A stretch of DNA of 64,000 nucleotides from the NCBI RefSeq assembly GCF_001194135.2, contig NC_068992.1:9878647-9942646 (forward strand), in the 5' to 3' direction. The first letter of the stretch is position 1. Each line of letters starts with the position of its first letter. This document shows positions 13,181 through 26,362 of this stretch, one piece after another. The stretch is from Octopus bimaculoides (lineage: Eukaryota). A model generated the notes under the pieces. That model did no database searches and was not told where the DNA came from. It saw nothing but the letters and a program-made list of their open reading frames with translations. The translations under genes were made by a program, and so were the position numbers.

Positions 13181-16100
13181 GACCAAAGCACATAAATCTG
13201 TTTTTGGACAACCGATCTTGTGCATTAGTTTAGAAACTAAACATACATTTATACTTTATAGAAGTAGATTGACAAACCCGTTACATTCTCAACAGAATGT
13301 TCAGCAATATTTAATTACATAAAGAGAAGAACCGGTGATATAGTGAGGACAAACTATAATCTTCAGCTACACAATTGTCAAAAGCACAAAATATTTGTAT
13401 TCTAAACAGAATCTTTCCAAATTCAGAGCTGGCAGCAACAGTAATGACAACAACAGAAGTAGCATGTGTTTCAATAGAAGCACTTTAGAAAAATACTTCA
13501 GAGAGCCTTCATAATACACCATTTGTCTAAGTACAGGATATGGTAGTGTGTAGAACAATAGCCATGTATATTTATTGTTTTCTAGCTAAAGCTTACATAC
13601 AATGTTGAGGTTTGATAATATAATGAAGGCGTGTGTTAGTTTCAGAGCAACATAAAGGAAAAGGCTACTTGATACAGAACCATTTAAAAAAACTGGATGT
13701 GTTATTCAGCACATAATTGACGGCTGAGATAGCTGATGAAATTTTCGGCTTTGTATTTAATCAATGTTCCTAAGGATTGTGACAACAAAAATCTGTTGGT
13801 CCGTTTGACAATAACAACTACATTACATACATCTCTCCTAAGTCCTTGGTGAATTTTCAGTTATGGAGTTTAACTCCCAGTTTCATAACTTGAAGAATGT
13901 CAGAGCGTTTTTTTTTCTATTTTTTAATGATGTTAGCAGGAGGTCATTACCTTTGCACCCTCCAAAACTTGGCAATCTTTGGTTCGTATACTAGTTTACA
14001 ACATTCTTTTATTATATTAATGGTATCAGTCACTGAAGTTGAAGCAACACTTTCAAAATTATTATTACAAGAGTAATGCACTGGAAGAATCAGTAGAGCA
14101 TTGGGAAAAAATCCTTGCAGCGTTTGTTTTGATTCTTTATGTTCTGAGTTCAAATTCTGCTGAGGTCATCCTACAAGGTCAACAAAAAGTATTAGTTAAG
14201 TACTGGAGCCAATGGCCTCAACTGACCCTTTCCCCTCCAAAACTGATGGCCTGGTGCCTAAATTACCATCATCATTGTCATTTGTTTAACACAGCAGCTT
14301 TGCTGGAGAATGTAACAAAGTGTCAGCTGTCTGCAACTAGTGGTCTGAGGAAATACTCTTCATTCAGATTTTGAGAATTCCATAGAGGATTACTGCAATT
14401 CCAAGCAACGTTGTCTTTGGTAGCTTATTACTATTTTTATTGTTATTATTTTGAGAAAGCACTTTCTATAAACTCTGAGAATAGACTATTACTTGAACTT
14501 ATTTGAAATCTAAGGTAAAAAAAAAATGCCTTTTTTGTTCTGAATGTATTAAATGCAATAAAAGAGAAACTAATCTAAAGCAAAGCAAAAAAAAAAAAAA
14601 AAGAAAGCCAACCTACTTTTAATCCATTAAGCAACATATTGTTGGTGCATTTTGTTTTAAAAGAATTTAAAAAAAAAACAGAAAAATTCCAACAAAACTA
14701 TATCTAACAAGGTCTAGTGGTATTTATTGACTAATCTATTTTTCTAGACTATGAATAAGGTAGTGGAATAAAAAGAGTAAAAAGAAATGTCAATAGAACA
14801 TATTAAAGAGAATAAATGTAATTTGTATTCTATTGGTTTATTGAAACAGAGATGATAAAAAAAAAGAAAAAAGATTGGTTTGATGCCAAATATGTTTTTA
14901 AAAATGGTTAATGTGAATAGAGTGATATTTTTGAGAAGAAGGAATGTAAGGATGAAGGAACTGTATCAATGTTTCAGAGAGTGAAGTTACAGCTAAATGA
15001 CTTGATACACATTACTGGATCAGCAGCCAAAGAGTGACCAGCATGACCACCACCACAGTATCCGGAATCAAGAAGTTTCACTGGTCCAGTCAAACACGTT
15101 GGAAATTAGAAATTAGAGATGATACAGTTTGTCATTGTTATAAGCAACCGCAGTCGATGAGTTTTAAACATTAAGAAAAATATAATTTGATAGAAATTTC
15201 TCAGGAAGCTGGTTGAAAATGATTACATTGTTTGTGTATTGAAACCCAAATGGCTAAAAGACACAGAAAACTGCAGTGCAGCAGTTCGTCTGGTACAACC
15301 ATTCTAACCAGTGCTTTAACCTTTTTAATACCAACCTGCCTGAGATCGCATCTGGCTCTCTGATGCAAACTTTCTATTTTAATGTGATTTAAATTAAAAC
15401 CATCAAAATTCCAATTCACATTCAAAATACCAGCTTCATAATGGCAAAGCATTTTCTTTACAAAATTTTCCATTATTTTCAAAATTAATTGAAACAAAGG
15501 CATCGGAATACAAGTTTTGCAAATAACAGAAACCTGCTAGACACCAGTGTATTTTTCACCAGAACTAGACGATTCTGATTGGTGTTATTAGATGCTCTAC
15601 AGAATGTTCTGTTTATTTTATTTCTTGACATGAAATAATAATAATGGCTAACATTTAACTTAATATAGAAATGCTTGATTGCTATTTTACTTTTAACAAG
15701 TAATTAGTAGATCTAACAATATAGAAATATTATGACAAGTCAATGAAGGAGTCAATGGGATTGCTTGAATTGCTAGAAACAGCAGCCATATCTTTTTCAA
15801 ATAACCAAATCACACCCTACAATCTTAAAAAAAAACATTGTATAATGTAGTCTTAGATACACTATGTATGAAAAAAGAAAAGACAGACTAGTTATAGCTG
15901 GAATGCTTTTGATCATAGTTCTAGGCAGTTGGGGGTTATCTGAGGCTAAACAAAAACAAAAAATATCAAGATTTATCTGAGCCATAAATCAAAAGACAAA
16001 CTGCTTTGATAAGAAAGAATATGTTCAATCTACACCACACTTCTCTTTTTATAACACAATTGGAAGAAAGATTTGTGCAATATTAACCCAAAAAGCTTTT

Positions 16101-19100
16101 GCATAAAAAGTACAAGTTAGTTGTGTTTTGCTCTTTTTCTGCATGTGATCAGCAAAAAACAAATATCCAAAAGAAAGTGTGTTGCTACCATGTCTGGCAA
16201 CAGTCTTAGCTATCATGTCTGATCATCTAAAATACATATGAGAACGTTTTCTTTTTTCTGGAGTACCAACTTTAATGAGACATAAACAAGCTAGAAAAGT
16301 GGAGATCAATAATATCAAATTTCATGCATTTTGAAGAGAAAATAAAATTGTATCTTACCATTCCTTTGTTCAAGTTCTTATTTATTTGGCAATAGGCATG
16401 GGGAGCACTTTCATTCTGTAATCAATAAAAGTATAGTAACAATGTAAGTGTATATATATATATATATATACATGCATTACATATACACATATATGGCAAC
16501 CTAAATAGTGAAGGTAGCATGAATAAGAATTAAAAAAACAAAAAAGGACCCAGTTCACTTTGTAAAGTGGTTGGCATTTGGAAGACATTCAGTCACAAAA
16601 ACCCTGCCAAAGTAGACATTGGGGCTTGATGCAGTCCTTGGACACATCCTGTCAAACTATCCAACCCAGGCCAGCATGGCACATGGACATTAAATGATGA
16701 TGATGACATTATACAGGGCAAATTTTAGCCATTTCTCTGCAGACTGAAAAAATGATGAACAACCTTAATCGAACCTTATTGGGTTCTCATCAGAGGCGTC
16801 TACATCATTCTGACAGCCTCCAGAGAAACAAGCAGCCAAACTGTTTATATACTCAGCAAATGCACCAATTACTCTATGAAAGAGTCCCTAACTTGCATAC
16901 CAAAAGTGTTTAACACTATATATATACACACACACTATTATACACATACATACATTAAAACAGATGTCTCACTAGAAAGACAGCATTTAACATTATATCA
17001 AAATGTTTAAATACTGACTAAACACAGCATGTTATGTCTACAATTTTGTTTTTAACTGGCTTTATAAATGGAGAAAAATAATGAAGTTTATAACAATGGA
17101 GAAAAGCAGGATGAGATCTAAATATTTGGTCAACATTTGCTGAGATGTGCAGTATGAATTCAACCAACAGTTGGCCCCTGGAAGGGTCAATAAAGCATCA
17201 GTCACTGCTCGCACAGTTCTATTGGTCCTCTGCTTGAAAGCAAACAATGAAATGAAAGGTGAAACAGACTCAGGACCCAAGGAACAGGAATAAATTCTGT
17301 AAGATATTCTGTCATCCAATGTTCCAAGGATTTCTACTGATCTGCAACTTTGATGCTTTATGATCTCTGGTATCAAAGAATGATTAGCTCTACTGACTGC
17401 CAAGTGAGACTAGCTCACCTTCCAGGGAGACCAGTAAATCTTCTGGTAACATCCATAAGAAGGACTAGACTCAGCAATGCAAACTAATAAAGCATTTATT
17501 TATACTCGTGACCTGTTCTTACTCTGTTGTTTGTCCTTAGCAGTTAGATGGAATACGCCCTCATAATGACATGAAATGACATGAACCTTCTACCAAGGTT
17601 GAACCTTCAACCTCTTGTTTATCTGTTGCCCTATCATCTTAAACCATCCCAGCTCTTAATTATCAATGCTAGGTACACAATAACGTCAAGATCAGTTTAT
17701 TTTTAACAATTCAGGATCTAACAGTAAAGTGGTTCTTGTGTGCATATTGAGTGTGCTTATATGCACATGCATGTGTAAGTCTGTGAGTGTGTGTGCATGA
17801 AAATTTGTTGTGTGTGAGCATGCATCTATTTGAATGTATATGTGCGTGCGTATACACACACACACGCACAAAGATTTGCATTCATAGCAAAATAACATTG
17901 ATTTCAACCTGTAAGTATTTGTAAATCTCTACTTCTTGTTTATCAAGGAAGTAGTAACATAATAAAGCCATGGACTATGACAAGATAATTTTTCTTTACC
18001 TGCTAGTTTAACTATCATAACTTCATGATATCAATACTTCTATCCATTCGCCATACTTTTAACAGTCATTTTATAAAATAACAAAACCTTAAATGGAATT
18101 ACTCCACCAACTCTCTTCATCTTGCAATAGTTATTTTAACATGTACATATCACCTTACAGGATACATCTCTATATGCCATATTTACACAAGTGTGGGTGT
18201 GTGTGTGTGTGTACACATACATAAATCTGTATACATCCCTGAAGTTTTGAAATACACAATATCCTTGTATGTCATAAAAAGTAACTAATGGCTTGGTGTC
18301 AGGAAGGGTATCTGGCCATAAGACATTGTTTTAAAGTCCTGTTCAAATAATGTAAGCTTTGAAAAGTGAATGTAAAAATGATTCTGTATGTGTGTGAGAG
18401 AATAGACATCCTTACACAAACAGGAGAAAGACAGAAGAAATGTGATTTATAAAATAAAGCCAATTCATTATTCAAAGCTTAAAGTCCTCAGTGCATTATG
18501 ACCCAGAACATTTTGTTCTTGTATGTTCTTCAAAGAACTGGGGTGGTGTTCAAATTTTTAATGAGTACAAAAGTTGAAGACTTGCCTATCCCTGATGTCA
18601 TGCACAAGAAAAGGGGAGCTTGGTGAAAATCCTCAATTTTGCTCTTTCAAGCACCAAATGTACTTCCATAGTGTGGTAGAATTCTTGTCATTTCAGACAG
18701 AGTGCTCATTCAGATAAACTGTGCCTGGAGAGGCATTTTCCACTCAATAGAGAAAATAATGTGCTACAGTCGCCACATTCTAGTAGCAGGTTTGACTTGA
18801 TCCTTGATGCACTGTTGATATTGTTGTTTTCTATACACCTATACCTAACTTCTTTGTGATCTTGTCAAACAGTTAACATAGGTATAGTTAGTGTGAAGGT
18901 GTTTCTGATCAATGCTAAGAAAGTTCTAGCTATGCTAGATGTTAGAATGGTGCTAAAAGGTAAATGGAACTGATTCTTGTACCTTTGTACTTTTGTTGTT
19001 GGGGATTTTGTTATTGAACATACAAGCATGCATTATTTTTGCATCACATGCACAGACAGGTATAACATAGGTGCAAGCAAAGCTGTGTTGTAGGAAGCTT

Positions 19101-22100
19101 GCTTTCCAAACACATGGTTTTGGGTTCAGCCCCACTGCATGACAGCTTGGGCAAGTGACTGGAAAACAAACATTAAAGGATGATGATGATGACATATGTA
19201 GGTATGTGTGTGTGTAACCATCTTATATGATGGTGACATCTGTAAATGAGTGTCACTGCCATATAAGCAGTGTCTTTCATTTGCAATCTTCTGTGTCTGA
19301 TCATGGGGAAATATTACCTTTGCCTGGAAACAGTTGAGCATGGAAAAGTGGATGTTAAACTGATGATGATACGTGTGTGTGTGTATTCCAGTTTCTCTTT
19401 AAATCTGACTTTTCTCAGTCCATCATTGTAATACCATTCAACCCATATAGATATCTTTTTCGTCAGATTATATGAGACAAACCTCTTGCTAATGTTACTG
19501 ACTAGATGTCTTCTTTTAATGATTGTAAATAAGAGTTATAAATATCAATACATAAGTATTTATTTGGCTTTCTATAAAAACAACTGTTATGTTTAAAAAG
19601 TTAATGGTACTTAAATCTGTTTTAATGGTGGTATTTAGGTTAAATTCCTTAAATGTTTCTAACAGGTTCTTTGTAAACTTGACTAAGAATTAGCTATTTA
19701 TGAGACAGAATACTGCTGACCCATCCACTTGTCCACAGTCCTAAATCTGAGCAGAATGGTTAGAATGTATAAACCCATTAACTCATGCACCCCAGATCCA
19801 TGGTAACTAATTATGCTGATAATGAAATGCTTATTCTTTCCACTTTTTACTCAGAATTCATCAACAAACAAAAAAGGTTTCCCAGTATGCATCATATTGA
19901 GGCTGGTTGTTTAGCCGCAAGTAAACCTCAATCGAGTAGACCTATATAGATGGTTTTCCAGCTGTGACTGCCCTTTTAAAGAGTATCCAAGAGTACACTA
20001 TCTTATGTGTTCGTTTCTCTTTTAAGATGGTAAAGGCATCTTTGAAGGCAGGGGTTTCCAAACACCGGACCTCACAAATGAATGAGTTTAAAAATTTATT
20101 TTTATTTTATTTATCACAGTCTGCAGAGGGTTTCTGCATCACATATGTACAATATATGTAATAACTAAATTATATATTATGCATTTTATTGTGTTTTGCT
20201 ATGCATGTGATCCCTGGTCACTGGAAAAATTGTCTTGCATGAAACAGGTTAGTGGTGCAAAAAAATGAATGGGGGCTGCTGCTTTAAGGGACAATTAACT
20301 TCTGCTTCTTATTTCTTTACTGCCCACAAGGGGCTGGCATTAGGAAGGGCATCCAGCTGTAGAAACTCTGCCAAATCAGATTGGAGCCTGGTGTAGCCAT
20401 CTGGTTTCACCAGTCCTCAGTCAAATCGTCCAACCCATGCTAGCATGGAAAGCAGACGTTAAACAACGATGATGATGATGATATCGACCCCAGTGTGTAA
20501 TTGGTACTTATTTAATCAACCCCGAAAGCATGAAAAGCAAAGTTGACCTCAGCGGAATTTGAACTCAGAATGTAGCAGCAGATGAAATACCGCTAAGCAT
20601 TTCTGCCAGAGTGCCACCTTCTGTTTCTATCAAATAAAGTGTTCCTGTAGTGATTCTGTTGTTGGCCTAGTTGTTGATTTCATAGTTGGTGGTGAATTTA
20701 TAATGAAATTCTAAAAGGTTTTTATACATGGAGGATTAACATTCTATGTGGGTCTGATTATAAATTTGCAGGGCTTTTTCATTCTGTTGTTAAACTACTT
20801 CGTTGTGGCAGTGTTATTACTTTCTGTTGTGATAATTTTGTGGCTTGTGTAATTTTTAAATTGATTAAAACAATCTAATTATGGTGGTAATTTTTGTCAA
20901 ACTGCCATGAGTAGCTGACAACTGACCCATGCTATAATGGCAGGCAAGCAAACGACTTTTGCACTCGTTAAAAGAATTTCAACTACACATCAATCACCTT
21001 CAATATGTTAAGTTCACGGAGTGAAGTTTTAGCTTCAAATAAGTTAGCGTGTGTGTGAGTGTTTGCATAAACAAATAAACATGCATGCACAAGAATATAT
21101 GAGTGAATGTGCTTATGAATGAATGAGGTTGTGGGTATGTATAAGTAAGTGTGTAAATGCATATGAATGAGCAAGAGGTGTGGTGGGTGGAGAGAGGCGG
21201 AGGGAGAGAGAGAATCGGTATAATGAATGAGTATGCTTGTAGACCCAACATTTACTATCATGGCGAATAAATGTAAAAATGAAAAAAAAAAAAAAAGAAA
21301 AAGAAAACAAAGTACAACTGTACCTTATTGGTAAGTATGATACAAATATCAACAACAGCTAAAGTATCACTGGAAGCCATATCAGAAGCTCTTCGGTATG
21401 TGATATAAATACGGCTACTATTGCTATTATTAACATTGGCTGAATGACCATGTGCAGTCGTATGAACAATTTCACAACCTGACATCAGTTTCTCCTTCCC
21501 TTCATATAAAACTCTGCAAAAATAGAAAGAAAAAAAAAACGAAAAGATTATATAAAAATTATACTGAATAAATTAAATTTATTTATGTAAACTCCTTTTC
21601 AGAGATGTTTCAACCATGGTTCAGGCTAAAGCACGGCTGATAAATTAGTTGTGCTATTGAGAAATCAGAAACAGAGAATTACTCAACAAGATAAATGTGA
21701 ACATCTATATATTTGTCTTTGTGTTGTCTAAAGGAATGGTCAAGCCTATTACCTTCACAGGATCTCTGAGACCAGCTTTAACCTCTAGCATTATTCTGTC
21801 AAATGTAATGCTTGTTATATTCAGATTATTTTCAATTAATCATGCATTATCTCATAATTTTGAGATTTTGATGGTATGATTGTTTATTTTCAGGATGATA
21901 TTGTAGGGTAAGTGTGAAAGGCTGAATCTGGACAGTTTGAACATAAAACAGGTCGAATATTTGAGGTCGATATGGCTGGTTCAAATACTTAACAGTTAAA
22001 TGGCTGTGATTTGATAGTTGCAGGGAAAGAAAACATTGAGCCAAGAGGATGAAAAGCAAATATGACATAATGTCAAATCTGAATTCAGAATGTAAAAGAA

Positions 22101-23734
22101 TACAACAAAATACTGCAAAACATTTTCACTGGTGCTCTGCTGTTTCTGTCATCTTGTTCTAAAACAACAATTTTCGGACAAAACCACAATCTGGGAGCAG
22201 GGTGTGTGTAATTGATTAAATCATCCCCAGGATTGATAATTATTTTATAAACTCAGGAAAGCAAAACGATATTAATAGAATTTGAACTCAGAACATAGTG
22301 AGACATAACAAATATGCTGCAAAAGCATTTCATCTGATGTTATGCAGTTTCTGTAACTCACAACTCAACAAAAATAATAAACAAACAGAAGAAAATTTCC
22401 AAGATGCACCAAATCAGGAAATATTGAAAAGCACTTCATGAAGGAGAAAATCACAAGTCAAGTGGTTTCTTTTTCCATTAGTAATGTAATAATATTTTCT
22501 TTGTAAAAAAGAACATGGCTCTTTAGTCATGTGGAATGCAAGAACTCTTAACACAAAATGCCACTCATTTCAGTCTAAAAGCACGTACAAAAGGTGAGAC
22601 TTGTTATGCAGTAAGTAGCATTTCAAGGAGAATACTGATTGATACATGCTACACCATATTTAAAATATTATGAAATAGAAATATACGGATTGCTACAGTG
22701 CCATGCCATATAGTTTTACTATGTGACTCTGTTGCAGCTGCTGCTGCTGCTGCTACTACTACTACAGCTTCTATTTTTGGCAGGTTGTAAGGTTGCATTC
22801 TACTTTTCTCCAAGGTCACACATATGCACCTCCTTGATTCACTCATGCTTTGTGTGTCTACCCTTTTAAACCCTGCGCTAAGGCTTTTGCTAAATTATTC
22901 CTTCCTGTACTCGAGGAGACCTGCCTACCACAACAGAACTGAGATCCTAAACCCAAGGTGTCACATGAAAAGCCTACTTCTCACCCCCATGACTAATCCT
23001 GAGGAAGTCAAAGGCAAGTTTTATGATTTGGAAGCCCTCACAGCAGCTGTGCCGAAAGAGGACAAGCTCGTTGTTCTTAGCAACTTCAACACCACAGCTG
23101 GTACAGACTACCAGATATGGGACGGAGTTATTGAGAGAAACAGAGTCGGCAAAAACAACAGCAACGGTCATCTACAGTTGAAGACCTGTGCAGCACTTGA
23201 CCTGGCCCAACTACAAAGAGACATCCTGGCCACATCCATGCAGCAAACATTGACATCTAATTGACTGTCATGGTCAAGAGATGGGACAGGCGGGATGTGT
23301 GATGCAGAAGGCTGGAAAGATCATAGACACATCCTTGCAAAACTCAACAGGCACATTCAGCCCAAGTGGCGACTGCAAGGGAAGCCAGCAAGCAAGTGAC
23401 TCAACCTCAACAAACTGGAATGGCACAAACATGAAACAGAACCTGAGCGAGAACCCAAACAACAACTTGATGTTGGGATAAAGGGAGCAGAAGAGGATTG
23501 GATACTGTTCAAAGACATGGTGCACAGTGCTGCACTCACTCATCTGGGTTATTTCTAGGAGGTCCAGCAACCACATAGGGGTTTCATTATTCACAGTTGA
23601 GTGGTTTATAAGGGAAAGATCACTGAACAATGAAAACAATTGTTAAAAATAAAATAGCTAGAATATCCTGCCTATGAGACAGGAAAATTTGATGTAAAAC
23701 ATTGAAGTATAAAAAAAAATGGAAAGAAAAACTT

Positions 23735-23778
<44 letters not shown>

Positions 23779-24817
23779 AAATCTGTCCATTTAAACACTG
23801 GTTTAATTTAGGCCAAGTCAATACAATGTCAGCTGTTTAAACAGCAGCTAAGAAATCAATGAAGTAAAAGATCAACAACTGTAAAGAGCAACCACATCAG
23901 CCAAAACTAAACCAAACAGAGTGGATGGTCACGTTAAAACATTCATTAGTAAAGCAATAGGATCCTCGAGTGGAATAAAAATGATTTCCTTCCAAATCAT
24001 TTTTCCAAATGTGAAACATCTGTTTTAAAAGAGTAGTGATTACTGTGATATCAGAGGAAGAGCTTGACAGAGACAGAGGAGACTCTGAAGAAGGACCTGT
24101 ATAAAGACTGAAAAATCCCTTGGGAAGATGTACAGTCAAAGAAATGCCAGGATGGGAAGGCAGAGGTGAGACAACTGTGTGTTGTAATGAGAGAATAATC
24201 TACTTTGAGCTGTAGATTAAATCTGTAGAGGGTGCACAGTTTCAGCCAGAGTAGAGTAATAAAGTGGCCGAATAGGGGGGGGGGTAGAGAATAAAAAATA
24301 TTAGATTGCTAGAAGAGAAATGAAAGTAAGAGGATCAAAAGTATGAGGAATTCTAGATTGCAATGCAAGGTTTTCATGAGAATCAGGATGTCACCGATGG
24401 GAAATATACACTTCAGGAATCAGGATGTCACTGATGGAAAAGATACACTTCAGTAAACACTATCCAACCAAGCGAGCATAGAATACTGGATGTTAAAGCA
24501 ATGTTGATAATGATATGTTCATGCACCAATGTGTCCGTGTTTCGTTGCCTTCATATTGTATTTCGGTTGTAAATGACCATCATAGCCATATGAGCTGTGT
24601 CCTTTGTTTCTAATCTTCCACAAAAACATGCCAGGCCATGGGGAAGGGTTCCCATACCTTAAGATGGCCCCGATTACACAGTCCAAGTTCAAATCTGAAC
24701 CAGGTCCACTTCAGCTTTTCTTGGCTGATTAAACAAATACCAAAGTTGATTTAATTGAAGCCAGTAACCCAGTCTGATTACTGAAACCAGTAAAATAAAA
24801 TCATGGCCAAACATATA

Positions 24818-24882
<65 letters not shown>

Positions 24883-24939
24883 NNNNNNNNNNNNNNNNNN
24901 NNNNNNNNNNNNNNNNNNNNNNNNNNNNNNNNNGAGAGG

Positions 24940-24977
<38 letters not shown>

Positions 24978-25692
24978 TCACGCTGTCACTCCATAAGCTC
25001 ACTTCAAATAGAGAATATAATAAACTTGACAGCTGAAACATAAGAGAAGCAAGTGGAGTAATTGATCCATAAAATCTAAGAAATAAACAAAAAAAGAATA
25101 GTTATCCTTATGGTGTTTTTAATTAGACCTACACTTTGCTATTTTCTGAGCAACAATCAATGAAACTGATAAAGAAAAAAAAATGGTAAAAACATTCCAG
25201 AACAAATACACCAAGAAAATAGCAATATTTTCATAAGATGTCTGAATGATACTTGAGTTCAATACAAAGATGAAGAAAGAAACACAAACACACATTCACA
25301 TATCATGCAATTTGCTTTGATACCATCAGACAAAATCTAAGCAGCCAGTAGACTCAGAATCTTACAGTGAAAAAGTAAACAAAAAAAGTAAAAAAAAAAA
25401 AAGATAAAAACTTTATAACTTTGAATTGCAAAATTTTCTAAAGACTGCTGTGAAACTTAATCAATGAAAGAGCCTGGAATACTACATTTCTAAACAACCA
25501 TTCATACGTTCAAATATGTATGAGCATGAATGTGTACATAGATTGTGTGTGTGTGTTTATACACAACAAAGGAAATATATTTTAATGCTGAAATAAGTAC
25601 ACCCTAACCCTGCATGTCATAAAAGGCAACTTTAAGGGTTGACACCAGGAAGAGCATCCAACTTAGTTTCAAAAAGATTTGCAAACCCTGAC

Positions 25693-25735
<43 letters not shown>

Positions 25736-26326
25736 AGAGAGAGAGGGAGGGGGGGGTTGTTGTTGTTAAGTTCTGCAAATGAAAGATTGCAAATTTGCCA
25801 GCATTCCTATAAACATCCTCTCTACCACTGAGTCCTTTATTTAAATTGTGATTTTCCATATCTTTATAGATAAAAAAAATTATACACACACACGTGTGTG
25901 TNNNNNNNNNNNNNNNNNNNNNNNNNNNNNNNNNNNNNNNNNNNNNNNNNNNNNNNNNNNNNNNNNNNNNNNNNNNNNNNNNNNNNNNNNNNNNNNNNNN
26001 NNNNNNNNNNNNNNNNNNNNNNNNNNNNNNNNNNNNNNNNNNNNNNNNNNNNNNNNNNNNNNNNTGGCTCCTGTGCAGGTGGCACGTAAAATACACCAGT
26101 TTGAGCGTGGCCGTTGCCAGTACCACCTGACTGGCCCTTGTGCCGGTGGCACGTAAAAGCACCCACTACACTCTCGGAGTGGTTGGCATTAGGAAGGGCA
26201 TCCAGCTGTAGAAACTCTGCCAAATCAGATTGGGGCCTGGTGTAGCCATCCAGTTCACCAGTCCTCAGTCAAATCGTCCAGCCCATGCTAGCATGGAAAG
26301 CGGACGTTAAACGATGATGATGATGA

Positions 26327-26362
<36 letters not shown>

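Noticed and set aside
13947-14040. Open stretch ending in a good donor (CAAAG|GTAATG) as an alternative DENND4 exon
   Set aside because: No convincing acceptor and no DENND4 similarity; exons 3 and 4 already join in frame.
16040-16070. LCYKKR motif on the minus strand as the expected exon 4
   Set aside because: In-frame stop four codons later and no splice sites; the real exon is at 12688-12757.
17062-17403. 113-aa minus-strand ORF
   Set aside because: No recognisable motif or splice structure; possibly a decayed transposon, but I cannot assign it.
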